A program made the translations under genes and the position numbers. Shown piece by piece: positions 8,285 through 18,512 of a stretch of DNA of 51,740 nucleotides. Location of the stretch: NCBI GenBank assembly GCA_049517415.1, contig JBEKSC010000020.1:1-51740 (forward strand), read 5' to 3'. The notes under the pieces are model-generated. The model did no database searches, was not told the DNA's origin, and worked only from the letters and a program-made list of their open reading frames with translations. Origin of the DNA: Candidatus Bathyarchaeia archaeon. Lineage in GTDB: Archaea > Thermoproteota > Bathyarchaeia > 40CM-2-53-6. Position 1 is the first letter of the stretch; every line of letters begins with the position of its first letter.

Positions 8285-9451
8285 ATGTCGGTAGCAACAT
8301 TCCTCAGCGATTCCGTTGCCGTCGCCGAGAATGAATTTCGTCAGTTCCGCCGAAATCGAAGCGCTATACTCATCTCGCTCGTCGTACTGCCCTTATTCTT
8401 CACAATCTCACTCGGAGCCGGTCGAGGAGCAGCAGGGACCACTTTCTCTCCCACCGCAGACATCCCGATCGGATTCGTAGATAATGATAATTCGCTCGCC
8501 TCACTGCGCCTCTGGCAGGCATTAACCAGTTCACCCGACTTCCATAACTTGATACAGAGCTACAATGAGCAAGCCACCATAGCCGAGCTAGGCACCAAAC
8601 GCATCTACGCCGTAATCGTTGTCCCGAAAGATTTCCAAAATGATCTGGAGAACGGAAATCAGGCAAAACTGATACTTTACACTGACGACAGTGAACCCGG
8701 CGTCTCCGACCAAATCCAGAGCACACTCACGAGTTATGTGCAAAATTTCGACCCGAACGTCGAAGTCCAACCCCATTTGAGTCAGGTGCAACGACAATCT
8801 GTCGCGGGCGTCGGCATCGTTGCTAAAGGAGCCGTGTTCGCAGGCTTCAACATAGGCCTAACGGCCGTACTTGCAATTGTGCAAATCTTCGCCGCTTTCT
8901 ACGAAATAGCAGGCGGCATATCTCGTGAACGAGAGGACGGAACATATGCACGCCTACTGGTCTCTCCTATTCCGACCGGCTCAATAGTGCTCGGAAAAAC
9001 ACTCTTCGACATTCTCCTCTGCATTATTCGGACTTTCACAGTTCTAGGAATCTCGGTTTATGGTTATGGGGCAAGACCAAGTACGGATCTCTTTACGCTG
9101 CTCGCCTTATCTTTGATCGTAGCCCTGGTCACTATGGGTATTGGTTTTGTAGCGGCCTCGTTGAAGTTGGGTCAGAGGGCTGTGGTAATCATCGAATTCT
9201 TTCTAATATTGTTCCTATTCGCTTTCAGCGGCTTGATCATCGACATCAATCTCCTGGTCGGCATCACGCAGGTAATAGGCAACCTGCTACCATTTACCTA
9301 CGCGTTTGACGCCCTAAAGCGTACTATTCTACTCGGTAGGCCTTTGCTGTCCCTTACGTTCGACCTCGAATATTTGATCGGATCAATCCTTGCATCCTAC
9401 GGTATCGCTTTGGTTCTACTTCACGTTTCTCGGGAGAGGCTCATCACGTGA
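8285..9451 (+). CDS. ABC-2 type transporter permease
   Basis: N-terminal TM, extracytoplasmic loop, REREDGT..RLLVSP motif, several C-terminal TMs and LPFTYAFDA. Confidence 0.9.
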   Translation: MSVATFLSDSVAVAENEFRQFRRNRSAILISLVVLPLFFTISLGAGRGAAGTTFSPTADIPIGFVDNDNSLASLRLWQALTSSPDFHNLIQSYNEQATIAELGTKRIYAVIVVPKDFQNDLENGNQAKLILYTDDSEPGVSDQIQSTLTSYVQNFDPNVEVQPHLSQVQRQSVAGVGIVAKGAVFAGFNIGLTAVLAIVQIFAAFYEIAGGISREREDGTYARLLVSPIPTGSIVLGKTLFDILLCIIRTFTVLGISVYGYGARPSTDLFTLLALSLIVALVTMGIGFVAASLKLGQRAVVIIEFFLILFLFAFSGLIIDINLLVGITQVIGNLLPFTYAFDALKRTILLGRPLLSLTFDLEYLIGSILASYGIALVLLHVSRERLIT

Positions 9452-10575
9452 AGAGTTTCGTTCGTGATACAGTAGCCATTACAGGGAAAGAGTTGAAGCA
9501 GCTGCGCCGGGACCCTGTGTCCCTCATATTAACGATCATGTTCCCTATTCTTCTGATTGGTATTTTCATCGTCATTGTGTCCGCATTCAGCGCTACATCC
9601 CATAATGTGCCGGTGGTCGTTGCTGACTTGGATGGAACCCCTGCTTCGAACGCGCTAATCGATGAGTTGACCAGGTCACGGTTCATTCACGTAACCCAAC
9701 TCGTTCAAACTGAAGATCAAGCGTATCAGGCTGTTGCCAACGGGCAAGTTATTGGTGCTATAGTAATACCGCAGGGGTTCGGAGTCGCGCTGGCTTCGGG
9801 GAACGCGTTTGTCATCGTCTCTACTGATAATTCGAAGTTGACCTCTTCCGCGTTCGTTACTGCTGCGGTGAATCAAGGCGCCCAAGACCTTGTTAACCAA
9901 GCTAGCCTTGGTGAAGGGGTAAATTTCGCGTTGAAGTTAGCCCCGATCGAGGTAATTACAAGGCCCCTCTCGGGGCGGCCCCCGACCGGGGATCCAATTC
10001 TGCCGGGGTTTCTGGGCATGATTGCCATACTCGGTGGGTTTGATGACATCGTGAACGCGATTAGTCGAGAGCGGGAGCGCGGCACCTTCCCCCGCCTGAC
10101 TCTTTCTCCAGTGAGTTTGTTCGCTGTATATTCGGGTAAGATGTTTGCGACCGTTGTTCTAACGATCCTAAGGACGGCGCTGGTGCTTGTAATCTTCAGC
10201 CTTTACGGTCTTGTGATTCGCGGAAACCTCATACTAATCTTCCTAACGACCATCTTAATCGCCGTTTTCACCCTATCCTTAGGCCTGGCGATGTCAACGA
10301 GGATCCGCGGGTCAGCCACACTCACTGTTCTTGAGATAGCTATGACATTTCCGCTGTTCACATTGGCGGGGACATTTAATTCCCCGCTTTTGCTAGCGCC
10401 TGGGGGTAGGGCGATCGCGGATAGCCTTCCTTGGACGTATGGTAATGATGCGCTTAGACGTTTGATCTACTTGGGGGTTGGGCTGAATGCGGTTGCAGGC
10501 GACCTTCTCATCTTATTCATCAGCAGCCTCATACTGATGCCCATCGCGATCTTCCTATCGAAGCGCACTATGTAG
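9448..10575 (+). CDS. ABC-2 type transporter permease
   Basis: KELKQLRRDP, RERERGTF.RL.LSP and LPWTYGNDALR motifs; 4-nt overlap with the previous permease. Confidence 0.9.
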   Translation: MKSFVRDTVAITGKELKQLRRDPVSLILTIMFPILLIGIFIVIVSAFSATSHNVPVVVADLDGTPASNALIDELTRSRFIHVTQLVQTEDQAYQAVANGQVIGAIVIPQGFGVALASGNAFVIVSTDNSKLTSSAFVTAAVNQGAQDLVNQASLGEGVNFALKLAPIEVITRPLSGRPPTGDPILPGFLGMIAILGGFDDIVNAISRERERGTFPRLTLSPVSLFAVYSGKMFATVVLTILRTALVLVIFSLYGLVIRGNLILIFLTTILIAVFTLSLGLAMSTRIRGSATLTVLEIAMTFPLFTLAGTFNSPLLLAPGGRAIADSLPWTYGNDALRRLIYLGVGLNAVAGDLLILFISSLILMPIAIFLSKRTM

Positions 10576-10577
10576 CG

Positions 10578-13500
10578 TTACCGACGTCTTCTACGCTCTA
10601 ACAATAATGCTGTAGCTGCGCCTACTATTAGGATGGTTAGGGGAATCGCTGGGAGTTCAGGTATTGGGATTTGGCTTTCTTCCAGAATGTAGTTGAGTGC
10701 ATGATTCTCTTCTCCTTGGTCGACGTTGAGTGTGAACGTGATTTGTTGGTGGCCTTCGTTTTGGTTCCATTCGGTAATTGTGGCATGGTAGGTTCCTGGG
10801 TTTAGGTAGCCATCAAACCATCCGTCCCACGTATACCAGTAATACTGGTACCCAGAAGTGTCCACAAGTTCCACTGTTACCCAACTCATCGTTCTGGTTT
10901 GATCGTCCCAATTCACTCCAAGTATAGTTCCTTGAATGTACCCTCGTCTGTCAACTTCGAACTCGGCTGAAGCTTCGCCGCTGAGAGGAGCGTTTAGGAT
11001 GAGCTCAAACCCTGAACCGTATTCTAGTTGCGCGTAGGGTCCAAGATGGTTGTATGGGAAGAAGTAGGGCGATTCGCCTTGAAGGAGGGCTGGGGGGGGT
11101 GGGTACGCGACCGTGGGCTGGTACCAGTTCACGAAGTCAACCATCACCGTCCAGGATCCGGAGTAGCTGCCTTCGAATGTGCCGCTACCCCATATTCCGT
11201 GGAGAAGTCCGCTGGGGAAGAGGGTGGCGCTCTGGACGCGTGATGTTGCGCTGCTCGGTTCCGTGTAGCTGAAGAGTCCAGCAAGATCCCTGTAGGTTAG
11301 CAGCGTGGTTCCCGCGGGGAGCGCTTGGTTAATGAGTTTCTTTCCGTTCGCGATGAAGCCCACGTTTGATGACGGGAGCTGGATGCCGGCGTCTGATGTG
11401 AATAGGGTTGTTGCGGCTACAAGCCTATCTTGATCGTCGAATACGCGAAACCTAACCGACATATTGTAGGCCGTCCCTGAGATAATCTTCTCAGTCTCGA
11501 AGAGAACACTCACTGTCACGTTTACCCCGACGATGAGGTTGAGGTTTATGTCAGCCATTTGGCCGAGCCATGGGACGGACACGTAAACGTTGCCAAGGTC
11601 GCCAAGCGTGACCACGTTCTCCTGCACATACCCATACGTCCAACCGTTCAGCGCATATGTTCCCGGATAAATTGCCAAGTTCGATCTGAATGAGGGGAGT
11701 CTGTAGTAGGTGAAATTGAACAGGAAACCTTCATGGATGTATTCCTGGAGGAAATCAAAGGTCGTCATGGAATTAGTGGGATCTGTGGAGGCTACGCTGG
11801 GAATGTCAGGTCCGAGGCTGTCGACGAATACGCTTCCGTTTGTCATGAGGTAGCTGGAACCTAGCCCGTACGAAGTTACCCAACCTGGCCACGGGAGGGT
11901 TGTGAACATTGAGTTCTGTGTCGGTACCGACCATCGCTCATTCTTAGCGTTCCAGAAGTTGATTACGTCTATGAAGTTCCGTGATGAAATGTCGTACACT
12001 AGAACATCCACGGATGTGTCGTTCCACACCCAGTTCCGTTCGACTCGCGGCCTCTCCCAGTCGGTAGATGTCACGGACGCGTTGATACTGCCGCCTCGGT
12101 ACATGTGGGTGCTTGCTTCCAGGAGGCAGCTGCCAACCGAGATGCTTACCGATAGTGGTTGGTCCAATTCATCGAATGACGTTGCCGGTGGAAGGGCCTG
12201 AATGTAGCCCCTCATGAATACGCGGACCGTGTAGGTATCGGTTGGGAGCCCATAGTCGTATGCCCCCCTGTACCTGGCAAGGGAATACTTGACCAGTGCT
12301 CTCGGGTCGAAGGGGGATACGTGGAGTGGATCCCCCGCCATTCCCAAGCCGTTGAGCAGTATAGACATCTCAGACTTTGATGAAGAGACTTGTGTGAAGT
12401 TGAATGCTGCCAGCGAGTTATCTCGCGCGAACGCCTCCGCTATCATATACCGTGCTGGGTCAGGGCCTCCGATCGGCTCCTCCATAAGCGTAGCTGGGTT
12501 GTCATGGAAGTGGACTGTAACGTTCATACCGCATGATTGTACGAGGTCGATTGGTATGAACGTGTTATAGGGGCCGATGTCTGGGACTGTGAACGAGTAA
12601 TCCACGAATGTCCCCCCATCAGGGGTAGTCTGGACATACCCATTCAGGAAGACTCGAATGTAGTATGTTCCGGGGCTTAGGCTGTCCGTCCATGTGGCGA
12701 AGACTTCAGGAACCATTCCGGAGAATCTCGTTGGCACACCATAGACACCCTCGGATCCAAATTGGAAAGTGAACTCCGACGCTGATGAACCTAGGCCAGT
12801 GTTCGGATCGAGGTTGCCACGGGGGTCGACCCACCAGACTTGAGCGGGTCCCACTCCGTTAAACAACCCAAACGGATCTTTGGGTTGGGTTGGGTTCGTG
12901 TACGTATAGTAGCCTATCGGGCCTTCCCAAGGGAATGCGACCTCTTTCGGGCCTGCCACCCCTGAAATTAACCCGCTGAAACCCATCTTTGAGAAGTATG
13001 TGTTTCCATTCACATATGATGTATAAGGCGCATCGGTGAGGTTGATGGGAGATTCAGTTTCGATGCTTGGAACGTCATAGGATTCACTATTGTAGATGAT
13101 CATTGAGATTGGGCGTTGGGCAGGCCACTGGCCTTCGCCGAACCCTAGCTTGGAGAATATTGTACCCCGGAGTTGGAAGCCAACGTTAAGGTACCCGTCA
13201 AACTGAAGCGACTGCCCCCGGGTCACCCTAACATTGCTAGCAATTTTCTGTTCGGGAAGCCCCGCTGCTGACGCGTAGATATCGTAGACCCCTGGGGCGA
13301 CTCCTTCTATCTCATAGTGGCCCTGAGCGGTTGCGTTGAAGTATCCTCTTGCCTCAACCGCGTGGCCCGTCGGTTCGTTTGTCAGTGGATTGTTTGCTAC
13401 GCCAACCGCTCTGACCATTCCTGGAAGGTTAATAGGTTTTCCATAGAGGGTGCTGTTCAGACCTCCATACCTAAGCGTGCCCGAAATTATGGCTGGGTCC

Positions 13501-14333
13501 ACCTCGCCCTTAACGAGGAGTACTGGCCAATTTTCCATCGGCACCGTGCCCGCGATCAAATTAGCGGACGCAGCACTGTGCACGGGGTAAGAGTCGTTGA
13601 GGAACATTTTGAAGAAATATCTTCCAGCGGTGAAAGGTGCTTTCATCTGGTTGATTCGAATGTAATACCAGTTGTCGAAGTTCTTGTTAAAGTTGAACGT
13701 GATCCCTGATGGTGGTGCTTGGATGTTTATGATCCATGAGCCGGGTTCGAATGGATCGTTCATATCCGCTCGGGTCACGAATATGCTGCCATAATCGCTG
13801 GTGATGGTGGTGACGATGTTAGTGTTATCGCCTTGATCCCAGTTTATTCCGGCGTCAGGTTCGAAGCCGTCTTGGATTAGTTTGCCTGTTGCATCGAAGA
13901 CAGGCGCGGGGATGTAGATTGCTAGGCTCGTGTAGTTGAATCGGCTTGGGCTAGGGAAAGTATTCGGGTTTGAGAAGTTCAGGGCGAAGATCAAATCACC
14001 CACGCTGTCGTGGTCGGCGGTTGAGGTGAGAATGGCACCTTCGGGGCTGTAGGAGTCGCCTGCCTCCTGGAGTGGTTGTTGATTGGTGAAGGGTGACTGG
14101 TAACCGGGCGGGTTGGAGGCTACCCCCGAGTATGTTTCTAAGCCGCTTCCTGGCCAGACGTATCCTAAGGGGCCGGGGACATGATTGCCGCCAGGGATTG
14201 TGAGTTCATTATCGTTTATTCGGTATGGGGATGTTCCGCTTAAGTCTCCTAGTGTTGTGTGAGCAGAAACGGGAGCAGCGAATGAGAGTGCGAGGGCCAT
14301 CAATAGTAGGAGAATGGCCCACCTGCGAACCAA
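10578..14333 (-). CDS. large (1251 aa) secreted cell-surface protein with beta-sandwich (carboxypeptidase regulatory-like) repeats and a C-terminal sorting signal
   Basis: Signal peptide MVRRWAILLLLMALALSFAAPVSA; recurrent (L/V)xPG(T/V)Y motifs; many N-x-S/T sequons; C-terminus IPIPELP followed by a TM helix and RRRRR. Confidence 0.85.
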   Translation of the reverse strand: MVRRWAILLLLMALALSFAAPVSAHTTLGDLSGTSPYRINDNELTIPGGNHVPGPLGYVWPGSGLETYSGVASNPPGYQSPFTNQQPLQEAGDSYSPEGAILTSTADHDSVGDLIFALNFSNPNTFPSPSRFNYTSLAIYIPAPVFDATGKLIQDGFEPDAGINWDQGDNTNIVTTITSDYGSIFVTRADMNDPFEPGSWIINIQAPPSGITFNFNKNFDNWYYIRINQMKAPFTAGRYFFKMFLNDSYPVHSAASANLIAGTVPMENWPVLLVKGEVDPAIISGTLRYGGLNSTLYGKPINLPGMVRAVGVANNPLTNEPTGHAVEARGYFNATAQGHYEIEGVAPGVYDIYASAAGLPEQKIASNVRVTRGQSLQFDGYLNVGFQLRGTIFSKLGFGEGQWPAQRPISMIIYNSESYDVPSIETESPINLTDAPYTSYVNGNTYFSKMGFSGLISGVAGPKEVAFPWEGPIGYYTYTNPTQPKDPFGLFNGVGPAQVWWVDPRGNLDPNTGLGSSASEFTFQFGSEGVYGVPTRFSGMVPEVFATWTDSLSPGTYYIRVFLNGYVQTTPDGGTFVDYSFTVPDIGPYNTFIPIDLVQSCGMNVTVHFHDNPATLMEEPIGGPDPARYMIAEAFARDNSLAAFNFTQVSSSKSEMSILLNGLGMAGDPLHVSPFDPRALVKYSLARYRGAYDYGLPTDTYTVRVFMRGYIQALPPATSFDELDQPLSVSISVGSCLLEASTHMYRGGSINASVTSTDWERPRVERNWVWNDTSVDVLVYDISSRNFIDVINFWNAKNERWSVPTQNSMFTTLPWPGWVTSYGLGSSYLMTNGSVFVDSLGPDIPSVASTDPTNSMTTFDFLQEYIHEGFLFNFTYYRLPSFRSNLAIYPGTYALNGWTYGYVQENVVTLGDLGNVYVSVPWLGQMADINLNLIVGVNVTVSVLFETEKIISGTAYNMSVRFRVFDDQDRLVAATTLFTSDAGIQLPSSNVGFIANGKKLINQALPAGTTLLTYRDLAGLFSYTEPSSATSRVQSATLFPSGLLHGIWGSGTFEGSYSGSWTVMVDFVNWYQPTVAYPPPPALLQGESPYFFPYNHLGPYAQLEYGSGFELILNAPLSGEASAEFEVDRRGYIQGTILGVNWDDQTRTMSWVTVELVDTSGYQYYWYTWDGWFDGYLNPGTYHATITEWNQNEGHQQITFTLNVDQGEENHALNYILEESQIPIPELPAIPLTILIVGAATALLLERRRRR

Positions 14334-14378
14334 GTATCACTTGCTCCAAACCAACTGGATCTCTGCACTGTGAACTTT

Positions 14379-15671
14379 CTATTTCCTGCCCGTCTGGGCG
14401 TTCTGCGCAGTCGCCTTAGCCTTTCGTCGCCTCATATACAGGAAGCCGCCCCCACCACCCACGACTATGATTGCCACAACGATCAAAGCTACAGGTACAG
14501 CCGGCTGCTCAACTGTGAAGGTGATGGAGTATGAGTAGTCATCGTATAGTTGAACTGTGTCCTGAGTCCAGTCGAATCGCAGGCTGTAAGTGTACTGGGC
14601 TGGTTGGGCTTTGCTGTCAACATCGACCGTGAAGAAGGCCACTTTAGTTTCATTCGCTAACATTGTGCCGAGAAAATCCGTTAATGTGCCAGTGAAAAAG
14701 TTCCCGACAAGCAGTTCCACCCTTACCGAGTCGGCTTCTACGGACCCAGCGTTTCTAATGACGACGCTTATGACATCTCCTGAATCGCCAACATGGACCG
14801 TCGAAGGTGTTACGCTGATGATGTCAAATCTGACCTTCTCGCTAACGTAGAGTGGAAGTTCTCCAAACGGTATCAGTTGGCTTCCGGTGACTTCCCCGAG
14901 TATGACGGAATATTGCCCGAAGGTCGCGTTTTCAGCTACGTCGACAATGAAGTTAGCAGTTGTTGTCTGTCCGGCTGGTATGTTTCCTACGAAGATCTGG
15001 TCGGAGCCGCTGGACGAAGCGCTGAAGGGGGGTTGTAGAACGAGTTGAAGTTGGACATTTTTCGCTGTTCCTTGGCCTGAATTTGCTATTGTGACCTGCA
15101 CGCCAACCTGCTTGCTGTCAGGATAAATCTTAGTCGGATTCGTGACCACGCCTTGAACGTGAAGCTCCCCATGCCAGATGGGAACGTCCACGGGCACCGT
15201 TGTATCAATCTGTTGTAGCTCTCTCGCTGACTGGTAAGATAATTCTAAGGAGTACCTGTAGATGCCCTCCTTAGCCCTCGCGTCGATGCTGAGAGTATAA
15301 GTGAGTACGTAGCCCTGGCCCGCTTGAATGTCACCGGCCTGCTGCGAGACATCGGTCGCGTTATACTTTACTCCATTAACGAAGTAAGAGTAGATAAGCG
15401 GTGGCCCGACGTACAGTGTCGCGTTAACACTCCTTGCAACATCGTCACCCACATTAGTGATCAATATGGAAAGCTGAAGATTAACATCTCCCGGATGTGC
15501 CGTATCCGGGGTAACGGCGCTCGCTCCCCAATATACGTTGGTAACAACAACGTTTGCCACGCCAATCGCAGCCGCGGGTTGCGTCTCAGTACGAATAAAG
15601 AACGCAAGCAATACTACAAGCAAGAGCATCGTTGTCCTTCTGAACTGCATCCTTCCCACCGAAACTTTCAC
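14379..15671 (-). CDS. COG1361/CARDB-like S-layer-domain membrane-anchored protein
   Basis: Signal peptide; three Ig-like repeats with I-x-N-x-G-x-x-x-A-x-x-V motifs (ITNVGDDVARSV, IANSGQGTAKNV, IRNAGSVEADSV); C-terminal TM followed by RRRK. Confidence 0.82.
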   Translation of the reverse strand: MKVSVGRMQFRRTTMLLLVVLLAFFIRTETQPAAAIGVANVVVTNVYWGASAVTPDTAHPGDVNLQLSILITNVGDDVARSVNATLYVGPPLIYSYFVNGVKYNATDVSQQAGDIQAGQGYVLTYTLSIDARAKEGIYRYSLELSYQSARELQQIDTTVPVDVPIWHGELHVQGVVTNPTKIYPDSKQVGVQVTIANSGQGTAKNVQLQLVLQPPFSASSSGSDQIFVGNIPAGQTTTANFIVDVAENATFGQYSVILGEVTGSQLIPFGELPLYVSEKVRFDIISVTPSTVHVGDSGDVISVVIRNAGSVEADSVRVELLVGNFFTGTLTDFLGTMLANETKVAFFTVDVDSKAQPAQYTYSLRFDWTQDTVQLYDDYSYSITFTVEQPAVPVALIVVAIIVVGGGGGFLYMRRRKAKATAQNAQTGRK

Positions 15672-15828
15672 TTTCCGAATCTGGCAGCTGCGCTTTAAAG
15701 TTACGCTTGAAAAATCGGTTGTTCCCTATTCGGATTTACACGTTCTTTCGCGACGTGCTCTTTTGAAGGCTTCAGCCGCCAGTCCAACCATTAGTTGATG
15801 ATTACAGCGATTGGCTAGCGCGATTTGA

Positions 15829-16980
15829 CTACAATCCGCGTCTAAACGCGAGTAGCGATAATGTCACCATCAAGCAGGTGAAGGCCCCCAAGAAGGCAAA
15901 GTCGCCTGCGACTGCCACAAATCCCGCCCCATTATACATCAATAGTCGTAGGGCATGAACCGCGTAGGTTTCTGGGTTGATTACCGATATCTCCTTCATC
16001 CAAGTGGGAAATCCGTCCAGTGGGTATATCGCGCCGCTTGTATAATATAGAGTCAAGTTGATGGGAAATGATGAAACCCTGTAAATGTCGGCTGTCGAAA
16101 ACCTCACTGCGTAGGCGGTCATCATAGCGATAAGTCCCAGTGAGGTGAGGAACAGTGTGAACATTGTGAGTGCTATTCCTATCGGGTCTGGTGTAGGCCA
16201 AATGCTCATGGGGCGAACGCCTATCACTGTGATGGCTAAAAAGAATAGTGCGATTACGGAGATGAGCGCTTTAATGACTCCTGCAAGTAGGACACCGACG
16301 ATGATCTCATATTTTTTCAGAGGTGTGACTAAGTATCCCTCGATTATTCCTCTTTCTTTATCGTTTACGACTTGAACGCCGCCCGCGATGATTGAAACGA
16401 ACATGATTGCTTGAACAAATGTTCCGGGCGCCATGAATTCAATGTACAAGAAAGTTCTGTAATTATTCTCTAAATCCACATCTATGTTTGAGCCGGCTGC
16501 GGTTGATGTTTGTATTAGAGCTGAGAGCTGTTGACTTGCTTTGGCAATTTCAGGCCCAATGGCGGCAGTACTCAATGGGTCAGTATTGTCTAACGTTACT
16601 GTAAGGATGACTTTCGAGTTCTCACTTAATGACGCGTCAAAACCTTCGGGAATGTGAATTATCGCTTTGACGAGGCCCTTTTGAAGCATTTGCTGTGCCG
16701 TATCCATATCGGGAACGTATGTTATCTGAAAGGAATTCTGACAATTTATTACGCCCAATTCACAGCTTTGTTGGTTCTGTAAGATGTCTATGAAATTTGA
16801 TGAAAATGGGCCATAGCTTTCTTGTACGATTGCGATTGGTGCATGCGTTATTGCTCCACCAAACGCGCTCCCGAGCAAGACCAAAGTCAGAAATGGTCCA
16901 ACAACCGTGGAGAGGATGAGGAATGGTTGCCTAAAGAATTTTCGAACATCCCGCTCGCATACGGCTAGGGCGCCTTTCAA
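15829..16980 (-). CDS. ABC-2 type transporter permease
   Basis: DKERG..EGYLVTP, SGAIYP and NPETYAVHALR motifs; multiple TMs. Confidence 0.9.
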   Translation of the reverse strand: MKGALAVCERDVRKFFRQPFLILSTVVGPFLTLVLLGSAFGGAITHAPIAIVQESYGPFSSNFIDILQNQQSCELGVINCQNSFQITYVPDMDTAQQMLQKGLVKAIIHIPEGFDASLSENSKVILTVTLDNTDPLSTAAIGPEIAKASQQLSALIQTSTAAGSNIDVDLENNYRTFLYIEFMAPGTFVQAIMFVSIIAGGVQVVNDKERGIIEGYLVTPLKKYEIIVGVLLAGVIKALISVIALFFLAITVIGVRPMSIWPTPDPIGIALTMFTLFLTSLGLIAMMTAYAVRFSTADIYRVSSFPINLTLYYTSGAIYPLDGFPTWMKEISVINPETYAVHALRLLMYNGAGFVAVAGDFAFLGAFTCLMVTLSLLAFRRGL

Positions 16981-17915
16981 TCTCCCAGACTCCGACCCGT
17001 AAAGTTCAGGAAAACGTCATCTAAGGTAAGCTCTCGCAGAGTGATTGTCCGGAGTTTCCCTCCATTGGAATCAATGAGTCCAACTATCTTCGGAACTGCT
17101 TCCGCACCATTCTTCACTAGAATCGTCAAGCTACTGTCCCGTCTTTTGACTTGCAGAACGAATTCTGCCCTTTCTAACGCCTTGAGAGCAGCATCAGGGA
17201 GGTTTGAGAGGTTGGCTTCAACTATGTCGCCTCCTGAAACCTTCCGCTTTAGTTCCGTTGGTGTTCCTAAGGCGACTACTTTGCCGTGATCTACGATTGC
17301 GAGGTTATCACAAAGTTTCTCCGCTTCATCTAGGTAATGGGTTGTGACCAAAAGCGCGATGCCGCGGTCCTTATGGATTCGCTCAATGTAGTCTAAAACT
17401 GCGGCACGGGCTTGAGGATCGAGACCTGTGGTAGGCTCATCAAGCAATAGGACTTCAGGTTCATGGACGAGAGCCCTTACAATTTCTAGACGTCGTTTCA
17501 TGCCTCCTGAATAACTTCCGACGGGAATTCTGGCTCGATCCTGTAACTCTACCACTTTGAGGAGCTCTGGTATTCTTTCTTGGCGTTGCTTGCGAGACAT
17601 GCCGTAGTATTTCCCGTATAGATTCATGTTTTCAAGCGCCGATAACTCATTGTCTAAGGTTGACGCCTGTGTAACAACCCCTATGCGTTCACGTACCTTG
17701 TTTGCTTCGTGTATAATATCCGCACCTGCGACAGTAGCCGTGCCCTCGGTAGGCACCAGAATTGTTGTTAACATGCGCGTTAAGGTTGTTTTTCCGGCTC
17801 CATTAGGGCCTAAGAGACCAAAAACTTCCTGTTTGATTTCAAGATTAATATGATCAACCGCTGTGAAGTCGCCGAATTTTTTCGTAATGTCAAACGTCTG
17901 CACAGCTAGATCCAT
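16977..17915 (-). CDS. ABC-2 type exporter ATP-binding protein (DrrA-like)
   Basis: GPNGAGKTT, YSGGMKRRLEI, LLLDEPTTGLDP, TTHYLDEA and TLDDVFL motifs. Confidence 0.93.
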   Translation of the reverse strand: MDLAVQTFDITKKFGDFTAVDHINLEIKQEVFGLLGPNGAGKTTLTRMLTTILVPTEGTATVAGADIIHEANKVRERIGVVTQASTLDNELSALENMNLYGKYYGMSRKQRQERIPELLKVVELQDRARIPVGSYSGGMKRRLEIVRALVHEPEVLLLDEPTTGLDPQARAAVLDYIERIHKDRGIALLVTTHYLDEAEKLCDNLAIVDHGKVVALGTPTELKRKVSGGDIVEANLSNLPDAALKALERAEFVLQVKRRDSSLTILVKNGAEAVPKIVGLIDSNGGKLRTITLRELTLDDVFLNFTGRSLGD

Positions 17916-17995
17916 TGGGGGAAACCGTCTGAAATGATTGCCTTCAGAATTGCGCTCCGACCGTTAGATGCGATAATTAAGATTATGCTGTAATC

Positions 17996-18277
17996 TCAAT
18001 CTTTGATGGCTTCGAGTAGGCTAACAGCATTCCAAATCTTGACACGAGTGTATGGTGGCATGTTCGGGTCTTGGCTTATGTCGTCCAGTGTGGATATGGC
18101 GTTTGCCGCCCTGACTCCTAGGCTTAGGTCGCCGACTTGCAGCATATCCATGGCGCTTTTCGCTGCGCGGCGGATATTGCGTGGGGTAGTATTGTCGTTA
18201 GAGACTTCGTTGAGAACACCTAGCGCCTGCTTGATTCGGCCCTCGTATTCTTCTTTGCGTTTGACTTTTGTTGACAC
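17996..18277 (-). CDS. UPF0147 family protein
   Basis: DNTTPRNIRRAA...AISTLDDISQDPNMPPYTRVKIW signature of archaeal UPF0147. Start placed at GTG 18277. Confidence 0.88.
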   Translation of the reverse strand: MSTKVKRKEEYEGRIKQALGVLNEVSNDNTTPRNIRRAAKSAMDMLQVGDLSLGVRAANAISTLDDISQDPNMPPYTRVKIWNAVSLLEAIKD

Positions 18278-18512
18278 TGCGGAACACCCGCATGACAGGC
18301 GACCTTTCAATCAAATGATTCAGTGGCGATATCTAAACTCTTTCTCACAAAGAGCTTCAGGCACTAGACCTATTCGCTAGAAGTCGTAAAGAAGCCCTAA
18401 TCCATTACGCTCACATCCTACGTTTCTGCAGCACCCACAATTATTGGGTGCTCATTTACGATGCGAACATCTTACTTGCAAGTTACTCTCCTGTCTGGTT
18501 GAGGCATGCGCA

